Below are positions 34,662 to 44,749 of a DNA stretch of 64,000 nucleotides, piece by piece. Below the pieces are notes generated by a model. It had not been told where the DNA came from, ran no database searches, and saw only the letters and a program-made list of their open reading frames with translations. This DNA comes from an uncultured virus (IMG/VR IMGVR_UViG_3300033144_005150) (Duplodnaviria > Heunggongvirae > Uroviricota > Caudoviricetes). Both the position numbers and the translations under genes were made by a program. The stretch is from the IMG/VR virus record IMGVR_UViG_3300033144_005150, one strand, 5' to 3'. Within the stretch, counting starts at the first letter, position 1, and each line of letters begins with the position of its first letter.

Positions 34662-35417
34662 ATGGACGCGGTCGCCAAAAGGGTACGGCACGAGCTGTAT
34701 CGTCGCGCGGTTCGTACCGCAGCCGACAAATGGAAAGGTCCGCTCCCCAAGGGGTGGACGGACGCGTCTCGGAAGAAATTCTGGAACACGCTTACTTCTG
34801 CTGCTCCGAAGCACAAGGTCACTGAGTGCATCAAGAAGATGGACGGGAAGGTCAGCAACCCCGGTGCCTTCTGTGCGTCGCTCGCTGACCGTTCGATCCC
34901 CGGCTGGCGTCAGGAAGCGGCCAAAGAGCGCCGCAAGAAAAAGAAGGCGTCCATCGCCAAGGTGCTGACGGATCTCGAGAAGGAGTACGGCTATGAGCCT
35001 GGGCCCGACGGTCAGGGTCTCTTGCAGGGCCGCTACGACTACAACCAGATCCCCAAGGCGCCGACCAAGAAGCGTCCCCGCTCCATGCTCCCTGGTAAGG
35101 ACCAGCTCGCGTTGAGCTCCAGGGATCTCTCCGAAGAGAAGTTCGGGAGCGGTCGCGACCCGCTTGCGTTCACCGAAGAGCAAAAAGAGAAAAGACGCAA
35201 AGAGGTCGAGGACTACGAGGAGAAGGAGCACTCCCAGGTGCCGGGGACGGACAACATGCTGATGGAAGAAGACCATCGTGTGGGATCGTCCCAGTGGATC
35301 TCACGGGACGAGATGGCGACCCTCTGTCCTCCCTGTGCGGTTCGAATGAAGAAGGCGGGTTTCACCAAGGTGCACGTCAAAGTGGTGCGTCGGATGCTCC
35401 TGGCGCAGCAGCGGTAA
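34662..35417 (+). CDS. Hypothetical protein
   Basis: ORF track; CIKKM...NPGAFCA; C-terminal CPPC. Confidence 0.65.
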   Translation: MDAVAKRVRHELYRRAVRTAADKWKGPLPKGWTDASRKKFWNTLTSAAPKHKVTECIKKMDGKVSNPGAFCASLADRSIPGWRQEAAKERRKKKKASIAKVLTDLEKEYGYEPGPDGQGLLQGRYDYNQIPKAPTKKRPRSMLPGKDQLALSSRDLSEEKFGSGRDPLAFTEEQKEKRRKEVEDYEEKEHSQVPGTDNMLMEEDHRVGSSQWISRDEMATLCPPCAVRMKKAGFTKVHVKVVRRMLLAQQR

Positions 35418-35425
35418 CATGTCTC

Positions 35426-35833
35426 ATGCAGCCCGAACCCCTGTGGCCTAAAGGGAAGAACTCCTCCTACGATGCGTTCGTGATCGAGGTCGGAGTCCGC
35501 AAGGATCATGATGGGGGCTGGCGCAGCTACCGGCGCCTACAAGCTGAGGAGGACGCCACAGTGGCAGAAACGCTCGGTCCCTCGCGCGGAATGGAGGAGG
35601 GTTCGTGGGCTTTGCTCACCGAAACGGTCCGTGCCGAGGCCATGCTCCAACTCCTCGTGAAGCTCTCTAATGAGCCGGAATTACAGGCGAAAATGAGTTC
35701 GGCGGAGAAGGCGCCCGAAGAGTTGATCGAAAAACTCAGTGAAGCTACGCTAAAACAGCTCAAGCTAAGTCTCGACAAGATGGTTGCGGGCCTTGTACGT
35801 GAAACCATCGAACAAGTGCATGATGGAATCTGA
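35426..35833 (+). CDS. Hypothetical protein
   Basis: ORF track, trimmed to ATG. Confidence 0.55.
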   Translation: MQPEPLWPKGKNSSYDAFVIEVGVRKDHDGGWRSYRRLQAEEDATVAETLGPSRGMEEGSWALLTETVRAEAMLQLLVKLSNEPELQAKMSSAEKAPEELIEKLSEATLKQLKLSLDKMVAGLVRETIEQVHDGI

Positions 35834-36107
35834 CGCGAAACCAACGGGTAGAACCGATGAAGAGGAGCTTCCGTCAGTGCTCAGTGTCATCAAAGAAAAG
35901 CTGCGTCCGCTGTTGTTACGAAAGTGGCGACGCTCTCGTGCTTCTCTAGTCGCGGAAGCGATGGAGGCCGGCCTCGACGATGAGCAACTCGAGCTTGTCC
36001 TGCGTGGGTTCCGTCGTGGGTACTGGACCGGCGCGGTGGATGTGTCCAGCGTCAAGTCTACGGATCTTCTTCCAGATCGCGCGCCGACAAAATCGAAAAT
36101 CCACTAG
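35820..36107 (+). CDS. Hypothetical protein
   Basis: ORF track, trimmed to ATG. Confidence 0.5.
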   Translation: MMESDAKPTGRTDEEELPSVLSVIKEKLRPLLLRKWRRSRASLVAEAMEAGLDDEQLELVLRGFRRGYWTGAVDVSSVKSTDLLPDRAPTKSKIH

Positions 36108-36612
36108 GAACGTTCTCAACGTCACGCTGGAGCCGTTTCCCAGGGCGAATGCGAGCGAAGATCCGCTCCTCTGAGTAGGTCCAGCGCCCTTGTGGATCCC
36201 TCACGCGCTTGCGTTTGCGCCGGGTCACCCGGAAGGTCCCCAGGTAGGTGCGGAGCTGCTCGCCCTCTTCGCATTCCATGATCACTTCGGGGAACATCCG
36301 AAGAACTTTGCGCACATCTTTCTCGGGAACGCCGGGCTCGTAGATCACCCAACCAACCCCACTTTCACGAGTCGAGAACTCCCCACCCTCCAACGTCAGG
36401 TGGCCGGCTTCGAAGTTGCTTTCGTCGATCAGGTAGTGGCCGGCGGCGCTCCCTTCCAGGATTTCGAGGAAAAGGCCACTTTTCACGGTGGGCCGGAGAG
36501 CCGATCCCGTACGAAACTTGGTGGAGTCCGGTTCAAACTCCCCCTCCGTTCCGTGGTCCACCAAGGTCCGTGTGACCTCGGCGATTCGGGCAACAAGCTC
36601 GCGGTACCGCAT
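36058..36612 (-). CDS. HU/IHF-like DNA-binding protein with an inserted domain
   Basis: MRYRELVARIAE...GVPEKDVRKVL...LGTFRVTRRKRKRVRDP...RIRPGKRL. Confidence 0.7.
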   Translation of the reverse strand: MRYRELVARIAEVTRTLVDHGTEGEFEPDSTKFRTGSALRPTVKSGLFLEILEGSAAGHYLIDESNFEAGHLTLEGGEFSTRESGVGWVIYEPGVPEKDVRKVLRMFPEVIMECEEGEQLRTYLGTFRVTRRKRKRVRDPQGRWTYSEERIFARIRPGKRLQRDVENVPSGFSILSARDLEEDP

Positions 36613-36706
36613 TACAGAGCACTCATTTGGGGTCATGGATAGGGCCGTTACCGGGCGGTAGTCAGCCTATGGGGTGCCCCCAAGTAGGAACCGCGCGGTC
36701 CTCATC

Positions 36707-37018
36707 ATGAACGATACCCGATTCAAGCAGGAGCTGATGCGCCTGTGTGAGAAGCGCCCTGAGCTTCGTAAAAAGCTGGCGGTCGAACTCGCGCGGCCTC
36801 GTAAGCCGTTGCGCAAGCACGCCAACTCCGATCGCAACTACATGGTCCTGCAGTCGTTGCTCAAACTCAGCGAACGAGCCCCCGACATCCTGGACATGAT
36901 CGGGTCCCAAGCCGACGAGCTCGAAGACTGGCAAGAATTCAAGATCACCATGGCCGCTGCGTACATCGACGCGGTCTATGATTCGATCCGTTTCCGGATG
37001 CAGGAAGAGGACCTGTAG
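36707..37018 (+). CDS. Hypothetical phage protein
   Basis: LMRLCEKRPELR; LEDWQEFKITMAAAY. Confidence 0.6.
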   Translation: MNDTRFKQELMRLCEKRPELRKKLAVELARPRKPLRKHANSDRNYMVLQSLLKLSERAPDILDMIGSQADELEDWQEFKITMAAAYIDAVYDSIRFRMQEEDL

Positions 37019-37869
37019 TGGATTGGGCCCAACAACCCATCAACCAAAGTGGTCACAAAAGGGTGCTTTGGGATCGGCAACCTCTTGGCGAAATGTCCGA
37101 CGTGGCTCTTGCGCGACAACTGGGACTCACCTCGGCGGCTGTTCGGAAAGCGCGGCTGAAACGGGGTATCCGGACGTACCACAAAAACCGGTGGCGCCAT
37201 GTTGGCTTGGGCACTTTTTCGGACAAGGACTTGGCACAGAAATTGGGCGTCTCACGACGAACGATTTCGCGAACGCGCCGTCAACACGGGTTGCATGGAC
37301 CTCAAACTATCGATTGGGATAAGCAGCCTTTGGGGCAGCTCCCTGACACCGAACTTGGACGGCGTCTTGGCGTTAGTCAAACGGCTGTTAGCTCAGCACG
37401 TAGGATTCGGGAAATCCCAACTGCACACCATCAATGGCTCACTCTCGAAGGTGAGTCGGCAACTTGGCCCGAGGCCCTGATCGATCTGTACTGGCACGAG
37501 AACCAGGTCGATCACGAATTTCAATTTAAGGTAGGTCCCTATGTGTGCGACTGGAAAATTGACAACGATTTTTTGGTCGAATACGCAGGCTTTGGTAGCC
37601 ACCGCAAACACGGTGAAAAATACCTGGACCGTCTTCAAAAGAAAATTGGTTTCTACCAAAATCAAGGCTGGAGCACCCTCGTCATCTGGCCCAAAAATCT
37701 GGGTCAATATGACCTGGGCCTTTCTCCGCAGCCACGGCACTTGATTTCGTGTGGTCAGTGTCAAAGCACCTTTGGCGTAGATCGGACCCTTTCCGGGAAA
37801 CCCCTCAAACACAAAGCCAAAGGCCTCTGTCGATCCTGTTACCGAAAAGGAAAACCATGCGCAGCGTAA
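37018..37869 (+). mobile_element. Putative free-standing endonuclease (HTH repeats, PD-(D/E)xK-like core, Zn finger)
   Basis: Three LG..SD..LA..LG repeats, YVCDW...LVEYAG, CGQC...CRSC; lower GC. Confidence 0.6.
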
Positions 37870-38642
37870 CTGCACGAGCGAAAGTGCCGGGACTTCGTCA
37901 AGAAACGCAGTTTACGTGTATGAGCGCAAGCCTCTGTGGCGCGCTGCGAGCATGGGGGAAACCTGTCACCGAAGCGGATGTGAATAAAGTTCTGCGCTGT
38001 CAGGCGATGCGGGGAGCTACATGGGAGGAAGCACTTGCAACCGCGCAGTATTTTGGGATGCGTGGGACCCTTGTTGTCCCGGCCACCTTGGAGATGCTTC
38101 GTGACTGGACAAGTCGTGGCATCCCTGTGATGATCGCCTGGAATCCTGAAGGGCGTCCTTGGTCCCATGCCTCCACTGTCTACGACGTGGATGAGGACGA
38201 CAACGTTTACGTCATGGACCCCAACATTCCGGATCCCAGTCGGACAACCCGCGTCGTCCCCAAGGATCAGTTCTACAAATTGTGGAGTGAGAAAGTCAAC
38301 GATTCCTTGATCGTGCGACGCCCCGCTTTGGCAATCGAGCGAGAGATCACTCCCGAAGGTCGGCAAGTGATGGCCTCGACCCAGGGTCCGGAGATCTACC
38401 AGGACTACCGCGACGCCCTCTACCAACTGGAGGCCAGTGCGGATGTCGTCGCACACGTCACCAACAAGCTGAGGTCCATGGGGCTCGAACCCCAGGACGC
38501 TGACTACCCCTTTCTTGAGGACATCGACGTGGTGGCCTCTGACATCTACCGTTGGCGGGGTGAGGTGGATCAGAAATACGCCCCCGACGACAACCTTCGA
38601 GTAGCCCATCGGGTTGCCCGCCGATTCCTGGAGAAGAAGTGA
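37857..38642 (+). CDS. C39-like cysteine peptidase
   Basis: QETQFTC, H, V.DP catalytic pattern. Confidence 0.75.
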   Translation: MRSVTARAKVPGLRQETQFTCMSASLCGALRAWGKPVTEADVNKVLRCQAMRGATWEEALATAQYFGMRGTLVVPATLEMLRDWTSRGIPVMIAWNPEGRPWSHASTVYDVDEDDNVYVMDPNIPDPSRTTRVVPKDQFYKLWSEKVNDSLIVRRPALAIEREITPEGRQVMASTQGPEIYQDYRDALYQLEASADVVAHVTNKLRSMGLEPQDADYPFLEDIDVVASDIYRWRGEVDQKYAPDDNLRVAHRVARRFLEKK

Positions 38643-39628
38643 TGCCTGCTCAATACGTTCAACTCGATGGTCGCCATTGGTGCAACGAAGACTTTGTGAA
38701 CAAGGTCCGACAGCTATACCCGGCCACCACCAAGAAAATCCCTCTCGGTTACAGCACGTACACGGGATGGACCGGCAAGGACGAGATTCTGTTCGTATCC
38801 CATGAGCATCTCGATGACGAGGCGAAGTTCGAGGGCAACCTCTACGAAGCCAGTTTCGATGACGTGGGGGCGACCAACTTCCGAGACAAGATCCTCGAGC
38901 AGGTCGAGTACCAGGCGCCTCGCAAAGAGCCTCGGGATCCGTCGGGACGGCAGCGCAAGCAGGCCGACCTGGACCAGCGCTGGGGGCAGACCGTGGACGA
39001 CCGCATGAAGGTCGCCACGCTCGAGAAGGACGCCCGTCGGGGCCTCGGCCTGTACGGCTACCCCAAGCCCATCCAGGCTTCGTGTGAGACCGCGGTGAAG
39101 CGCATCAATCGTCGGGCCGCAGCGCTGATGCACAAGGCGATCAAGAAAGACCGTGGCCTCGTCGCGTTCTTGCAGACGCACGCCACCCGTGGGCAGAGCA
39201 GCTCCGCTCGGGTGCTGCTTGCGGCCTACAAGGCGTCGATGCCCCAGACCGACTGGGAAGACGAGAAGGAAAACGAGAGCGCCGAGTTCGACTTCGGCAT
39301 CCAACTCACGGCTACCGAGAAGGAAGCGGCACCGAAGTGGGGCATGTACGGCTACCCCCGCAAGACTGCCAGCCTCGGCCTGAGCGCCTGTACGGCCGTC
39401 AGGGAGGCCGCAGGGTATGCGGCCTCAGACCTGCACCGTCGCAAGGCAGCCCTGTACGCTCGCGTCACAGGCTTCCTGGGGGAGCACAGCAAGATGGGCA
39501 AGAGCCACGCTGCTGGGCTCATCCTCGCCTGCTATCCCGTGGAGGGATTCATCTTCCGTCGCAGGGCCTCCGAGGAGGCTCCCACGACGGTTGGGGCTTG
39601 GCTCGACTGGGACGTTGAGCAGGGCTAG
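38639..39628 (+). CDS. Hypothetical protein with internal duplication
   Basis: Two G(L/M)YGYP...FL..H...A..L.A.Y units. Confidence 0.7.
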   Translation: MMPAQYVQLDGRHWCNEDFVNKVRQLYPATTKKIPLGYSTYTGWTGKDEILFVSHEHLDDEAKFEGNLYEASFDDVGATNFRDKILEQVEYQAPRKEPRDPSGRQRKQADLDQRWGQTVDDRMKVATLEKDARRGLGLYGYPKPIQASCETAVKRINRRAAALMHKAIKKDRGLVAFLQTHATRGQSSSARVLLAAYKASMPQTDWEDEKENESAEFDFGIQLTATEKEAAPKWGMYGYPRKTASLGLSACTAVREAAGYAASDLHRRKAALYARVTGFLGEHSKMGKSHAAGLILACYPVEGFIFRRRASEEAPTTVGAWLDWDVEQG

Positions 39629-40938
39629 AGCGCCAAGCTCTCGTCGGAGGGCATCTCCTCGCCGTGCTGGCGAGTCAGGAACTCGTTGAAGGCGCCGCCT
39701 TTGCGGGCTTCGAGCACCACATCACGGACGCGGCTGAGTGCGATTTTGATGCGGTTTTCTTCCTGCTCACAGTTGAGCCCGTTCTTTCGGGCGCTCTGGC
39801 GCAGGGCGTCGCTGACTTCCATCTCTTCGTCCCGCGTCCTTTTCTCGGCCCGCAGCTCCAGGATCTCCTGATGAGCCGTAGGATCTCGCTGCGACAACTT
39901 TTCCATGAAAAGAGTGTCGGCGATTTCACGCACGGTCATCTCTTTCACGAACTTGTCGTGCACAAGCTGGCAATGGAAGGCGGGATCGTGCTCTGGGGCG
40001 ATCTCACCCATGATGATCTTGCTGACCCGATCCAAGCAGAACTCGAAGGCGTCTGGATCGGCCACGGACTCGTAGACTTGGGCCGTAGCGTGCTCATCCT
40101 GGATGGCCTCGGTGGGGTCACTGACCCAGTCCGACTCGGAGTGTGCCGCGTACTGGTTGTGGCACAGGATGTCGGACTCGTTGATGGTCCGGGGGATGAC
40201 CTCTTCGGTCCAGTTCGCCTCTTTGAGCGCCTTGATCTCCTTGGGGGTCAGGGCGCCGTGGAAGACTCGACAGACAGGCTCGCGGCCTTCGTTGCGGATC
40301 TGGGTGTACGCGGCTTTGCGAGCCCACCCGGAGATCTGGGAGGGGGCGATGGAGCGACCCTTCTCGAGCATGCCGCGAAGGCCATCACGCTGCATGACCT
40401 TCTCGACCCAATTCATGACGTGATCGTCAACCTTGTGGAGTTGTTCGGAGCGCGGCATCTTGCGGCGCAGGGCGAGTTGGGCGCGTCCGTAGAAACGGCC
40501 CCAGTTGTCGCCCAGGTAGCGGGCGGTCTGGTTGGGTCCAGACGAGAGGACGATCTTGCCTTCATACAGGGCGCGAAGGGCCTTGGCTTTTTTGACGCCG
40601 AGGTCGGTCAGGGCCCAGTAGCCACGCTTGCCCCGAGTGGCGGGATCCATGGGACGGCAGCACAGCGCTTCGGTCTCGGAACGGTACTGCCGGGTCTGGT
40701 GGTACCAGCCGAAATGAACGATGCGGTAGAGCCCGTCACGCTGTTTGCTGGAGGTGCTTTTCAGCGGCCATGGGCAATCCTCGGGATCGAAGCCAGCGAG
40801 TCGGATCGCATCGTCTTGGAGTAGGGTGTGGTCCACCCCGACGTAGGCTTTGAAGCCGGCGTGTTTGGCAATCAGGTAGATGACAGGGGCGTAGAATAGA
40901 GATTCTTTGGGCCTTGGGCCCACTGATGCGGTGGTCAT
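39625..40938 (-). CDS. Sigma-factor-like protein with N-terminal winged helix
   Basis: RGYWALTDLG; region-2-like WARKAAYTQIR; EMTVREIAD and KIALSRVR HTH halves. Confidence 0.5.
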   Translation of the reverse strand: MTTASVGPRPKESLFYAPVIYLIAKHAGFKAYVGVDHTLLQDDAIRLAGFDPEDCPWPLKSTSSKQRDGLYRIVHFGWYHQTRQYRSETEALCCRPMDPATRGKRGYWALTDLGVKKAKALRALYEGKIVLSSGPNQTARYLGDNWGRFYGRAQLALRRKMPRSEQLHKVDDHVMNWVEKVMQRDGLRGMLEKGRSIAPSQISGWARKAAYTQIRNEGREPVCRVFHGALTPKEIKALKEANWTEEVIPRTINESDILCHNQYAAHSESDWVSDPTEAIQDEHATAQVYESVADPDAFEFCLDRVSKIIMGEIAPEHDPAFHCQLVHDKFVKEMTVREIADTLFMEKLSQRDPTAHQEILELRAEKRTRDEEMEVSDALRQSARKNGLNCEQEENRIKIALSRVRDVVLEARKGGAFNEFLTRQHGEEMPSDESLAL

Positions 40939-41052
40939 GTTTTCGGTCCTTTGCTTGGGCTCTGTGAGCCTCAGCTAAGTGGGTTAGTGGTTGCAGTTGC
41001 TCGGGTCGGGACTTGCCAGGGTTGGGCCGGTCAGAGTGACAGGAGCCTCTAT

Positions 41053-41098
41053 CTTTTAGGCGTAGGGGTGCGCGAAGTCAACCTTTTTGCGAAGTCAA
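41053..41098 (-). promoter_or_regulatory. Promoter with tandem TTGACTTCGC motifs
   Basis: TTGACT-N17-TAAAAG on the minus strand; second copy 17 bp upstream. Confidence 0.5.
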
Positions 41099-41284
41099 CC
41101 TCGGGCTGCTGTTTGTGCTGTGAAGACGCCGGGTTGCCTCCCTATAGCTCAACTATTGGAGTTCGACCGGCCCTTGAGAATCTGCCTGTGGACAACTTGG
41201 GGAGATCTCTCAATCCCGCGATCTCGCCATTTTCCTTCTATGGCTTTCCTAGAAGTGAACGTGCGGCGCGCGAGAGCTTCTCCG

Positions 41285-44200
41285 ATGTCCCCTGTAGATC
41301 AAGAAAACACGGCCCAGCAAGTGGCCTCGCGCTATTTGCTCGGCACCGTGAGCCGGCTTGCGGCCTTTACGATGGACATGTTTGCCCGCCTCTCCATCTT
41401 GGAAGGGGCCGCAGGCGTAACTCCGGGGACGTGGTTGCGTAGGAGCGCGGCCGGTTTTGGGGACGCTCTGGAGCATTTCGGCCCCAATCTGGCACCGGAG
41501 TGGACGACCACGACGAACCAGAAGGTCTACGACAAGGCGATTGCGGCGGCGAGCCGGGTCCTGTCCTCGAACTCGTCGCTCGATCCTGCCGATCTGGTGC
41601 AGGACATGGTCGTGAACAGCACGAGGTCGAGCGGCCCAGAGCGCACCCGAATTTTCTACACGGTGGGCAAGAAGCTGGGGAGTTTCAAGAACAACCTCGG
41701 GGACGGCACCATCCAACCCCGCGACTCCAAGATTCTCGGCACCCTCGAGCGCTGGATTCGTCAGGCTGCCATCACCGAGCTCAAGAGCAAACACCACCAA
41801 GTGGTGCAGCCTTTGGGCGAATATCGCCAAAATCAGACCCCCGGTGCCGGCACGCTCGACGAGGACAAACGACAGCTCCTCATGCTGTTGGCCCTCCAGA
41901 GCCCGGGAGGACCCGGTGCCGAAGTGCGCCGCGTCATCGATCGGCTCATCGACCAGCACTGGCCGCGCAAAAGGGAGCGCGCCGTGGTGAAGGGGTTCTT
42001 GCAGAAAATCTCCCAGCCCAAGTACCGGTCGCCGGCTCAGATGCGGCAGATGGTCAAGAAGTTCAACCCGGCTCGATGGTTCACCCAGACGGTCAACCTC
42101 GTGCGTGGTGAGTTGAAATCGGAGATGAGGGTCTCTTCCCAGTACCTCACCAACGTCCTCGGGTCGAAGGGGCGCAACATTTTCAAGTTCCTACGTGAAA
42201 AGGTGGGGAAAAACAGTTCCGTGAAAAAAATCATCGACGATCTTGCTGAGGAGATCGAGCTCCTCGAGCCCGGTGCCTCTCGCGTGGGCACCGAGCGCCG
42301 GTACGAACTCACCGAAGATCAGATGCCCCTCGACCCCCACGAAGCGATGATCGAATGGCTCCGTCAGATGCAGAACCGTCGTGATGATGGCGATGGCGAC
42401 GGTGAGAAGGAAGGCGGTCGTCACCCCAACCCCGATCTGTTGCACGACATCTTCGAGCCGGGCGAAGACATGGACTGGGATGCCGTGACGGGTCCCTTCC
42501 AGCAGTACAACCGTGGGCCGGTCGAGTTGCGTGTAGCTCAGCGGTTCTTGTTTGCTGGTGAGGAAGAGGAAGGCGGGGAAGACCCGTCTGAAGAGGCCCG
42601 CGAAAACCTGTCATGGGAAGAGCGTCTCAAAATGTTGGTCAAACAAGGAGACGAGAGGAACAAACGCATGTTGTATGAACTGACGAAGGCTGCTTTCGTC
42701 CACGCTGAGTTGCGTGAGGACCTCGCACCCCTGGTGCGCTTGGGACACTCCGCTCGTGTGGCTTCTCGTGATCTCGATCTACGTGGTCTGGTGATCCGTA
42801 CCGCCTACGTCTCCACGAACTTGAAGCTCAAGCGTGCGCTCCTGGACGCAGTTGTGTCCTCTGACCAGGGTCACGCCAAAACGGCCGAGCGTGGAGGATC
42901 TGGCAATTACCGAGGGGCCTTTATGCGATGGATCGCGGGTCGCAAATTTCGGAACCCGGACACGGACAACGATAACGTCTTCGTCTCATTGCCGGATGCA
43001 GAGAGGGCGCGCATCTACAAAGAGTGGCAACAGGGTCGTCTGGACTGGGCGCAGCGCCACCGACCCCAAGGACTCGGTCCCGAAACTCGGATCACCCCGC
43101 AGAACCTCAGTCAGGTTCGAGTGGGAGATGTGATCTGGCGTTCAGACAGCCCGGTGAAACTGCACCGGGTCACGAAAGTGGACAAAGAAGGTTGGCGGGC
43201 AAATGCCCCCACGTTCACGATGGTCCAGTTCGATCGGGACAACCCGGATCAAACTGGAGAGGAGCGCCATCTGCCTGCGGCTGCGGTTCGCAATGAGATG
43301 CTCGAATATCACACGGTCCCGAACATGGGTGCCCGTGCTGATCGAGAACAGGCTCGTGCAGGTCTGCCCCAGAAGCCTCGTGGTGGCTGGCCCAAGTTCC
43401 AAGACGTGGGGCTGAGCGATAGCAAACGGGAGAAGATCCAGGAAGCCTTTAAGGGGATGAAGGATGTTCGAGATCCGGCGGAAGTCTCCTTGAAACGCAT
43501 CCAGGTGCGTCTCAACGATGCCCTGGGAGCGCATGCCCCACGCAAGGCGGTCAAGGAGTTCATGCACGAGCTCCGAGATTGGGCCAAACAGCTCACCCAA
43601 GCTGCGGCACAGGGAGGCCCGGCCCTTCGTCCCCAGGCGAAGCTGTGGCGTGCGATGCAGCTCAAACTCGACCAGGGCGTCAGTCGTCTCGATGACCATG
43701 ACCGACGGGTGCGCAACACTCGTGGAGAGTCCAAGCGGCGTATGACTCCTGACATGGACTGGATGACGGACTTCATGAAAGCGAAGTTTGACGCCGGAGC
43801 TCGGGGAACGATGAAGCCCATCTATGCGCGTGCTCTCCTGGAGATGTCTGTTGGCGCAAGTCAAATGAATGCGGAGGGCGCCAAGAACCTCGTCAAGGAG
43901 TTCAAAGACGCAGGTGTGGATATGGAAGGAACTCGGGCAACGATTGCCGTGGGAGCCCTGTCGGGCTTTGCCCGGCATATCGGTGAGCGGGAAGGTATGA
44001 GCCCCAGCGAAAAGCGCAATTTGGCACGGGGTCAAGCGGATGCGGGGCGCCAAGCTAAGCGAATGATGCGTGAACGACGTGAACGCGATCGAGAGCAGGA
44101 GCAGGAGACCCAGCGTCGCCAAGAGGGACCGCGCCGTCACCAGGATCGTGCCCAACTTCGTGGTGGTGGTCGCAAGCAGATGAGCGCCAAAGCGAAACTC

Positions 44201-44722
44201 CCTTCCTACTTCATTGCCAAAGTGTTGCCGGTCGGAGCTTCGGACGAAGCCAAAGCAACGGCCAAGGCGCAGCTCAAGAAGGCCACCTACGCAGACCTTG
44301 AGACCTTGCGTGCAGCGGCTGCCTGGATCGACAACAACTGGGACGATGAGCGTGCTCGGACGCATCCGCTGGTTGAACACCTGGGTTACGACCGGGAGGG
44401 GCTCAAGAAGCTCAAGAAGTTGCTTAAGCGCAAGCTGGGCGATGTGAACGGTCGCCAGTACCACGACGATGTGAAGAACATGGCGAACAAGTACGATCTC
44501 GAAAGCGAAGATGCTGACGCGCTGTACGATTTCCGCATCGACAAACCCGCTCGGGGCCGTGCTCTGAGCGATCAAGAAAAGATGAGCAAATTCTTGGCGA
44601 AAGCCAAACCAGAGACCAGGGAGCGCATGCAGGGGATGTCCCTCGCCGACTTCATGGTCATGTACAAGGCCATCCTGAAAGAGGTCTTGGAAGACGAAGA
44701 GGAAGTCGCGGAAGCGGCCTGA
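41285..44722 (+). CDS. Large multi-domain hypothetical protein
   Basis: Long ORF; C-terminal domain paralogous to the next gene. Confidence 0.75.
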   Translation: MSPVDQENTAQQVASRYLLGTVSRLAAFTMDMFARLSILEGAAGVTPGTWLRRSAAGFGDALEHFGPNLAPEWTTTTNQKVYDKAIAAASRVLSSNSSLDPADLVQDMVVNSTRSSGPERTRIFYTVGKKLGSFKNNLGDGTIQPRDSKILGTLERWIRQAAITELKSKHHQVVQPLGEYRQNQTPGAGTLDEDKRQLLMLLALQSPGGPGAEVRRVIDRLIDQHWPRKRERAVVKGFLQKISQPKYRSPAQMRQMVKKFNPARWFTQTVNLVRGELKSEMRVSSQYLTNVLGSKGRNIFKFLREKVGKNSSVKKIIDDLAEEIELLEPGASRVGTERRYELTEDQMPLDPHEAMIEWLRQMQNRRDDGDGDGEKEGGRHPNPDLLHDIFEPGEDMDWDAVTGPFQQYNRGPVELRVAQRFLFAGEEEEGGEDPSEEARENLSWEERLKMLVKQGDERNKRMLYELTKAAFVHAELREDLAPLVRLGHSARVASRDLDLRGLVIRTAYVSTNLKLKRALLDAVVSSDQGHAKTAERGGSGNYRGAFMRWIAGRKFRNPDTDNDNVFVSLPDAERARIYKEWQQGRLDWAQRHRPQGLGPETRITPQNLSQVRVGDVIWRSDSPVKLHRVTKVDKEGWRANAPTFTMVQFDRDNPDQTGEERHLPAAAVRNEMLEYHTVPNMGARADREQARAGLPQKPRGGWPKFQDVGLSDSKREKIQEAFKGMKDVRDPAEVSLKRIQVRLNDALGAHAPRKAVKEFMHELRDWAKQLTQAAAQGGPALRPQAKLWRAMQLKLDQGVSRLDDHDRRVRNTRGESKRRMTPDMDWMTDFMKAKFDAGARGTMKPIYARALLEMSVGASQMNAEGAKNLVKEFKDAGVDMEGTRATIAVGALSGFARHIGEREGMSPSEKRNLARGQADAGRQAKRMMRERRERDREQEQETQRRQEGPRRHQDRAQLRGGGRKQMSAKAKLPSYFIAKVLPVGASDEAKATAKAQLKKATYADLETLRAAAAWIDNNWDDERARTHPLVEHLGYDREGLKKLKKLLKRKLGDVNGRQYHDDVKNMANKYDLESEDADALYDFRIDKPARGRALSDQEKMSKFLAKAKPETRERMQGMSLADFMVMYKAILKEVLEDEEEVAEAA

Positions 44723-44749
44723 ATTTCACGAACCACGGGAGAGAAAACA

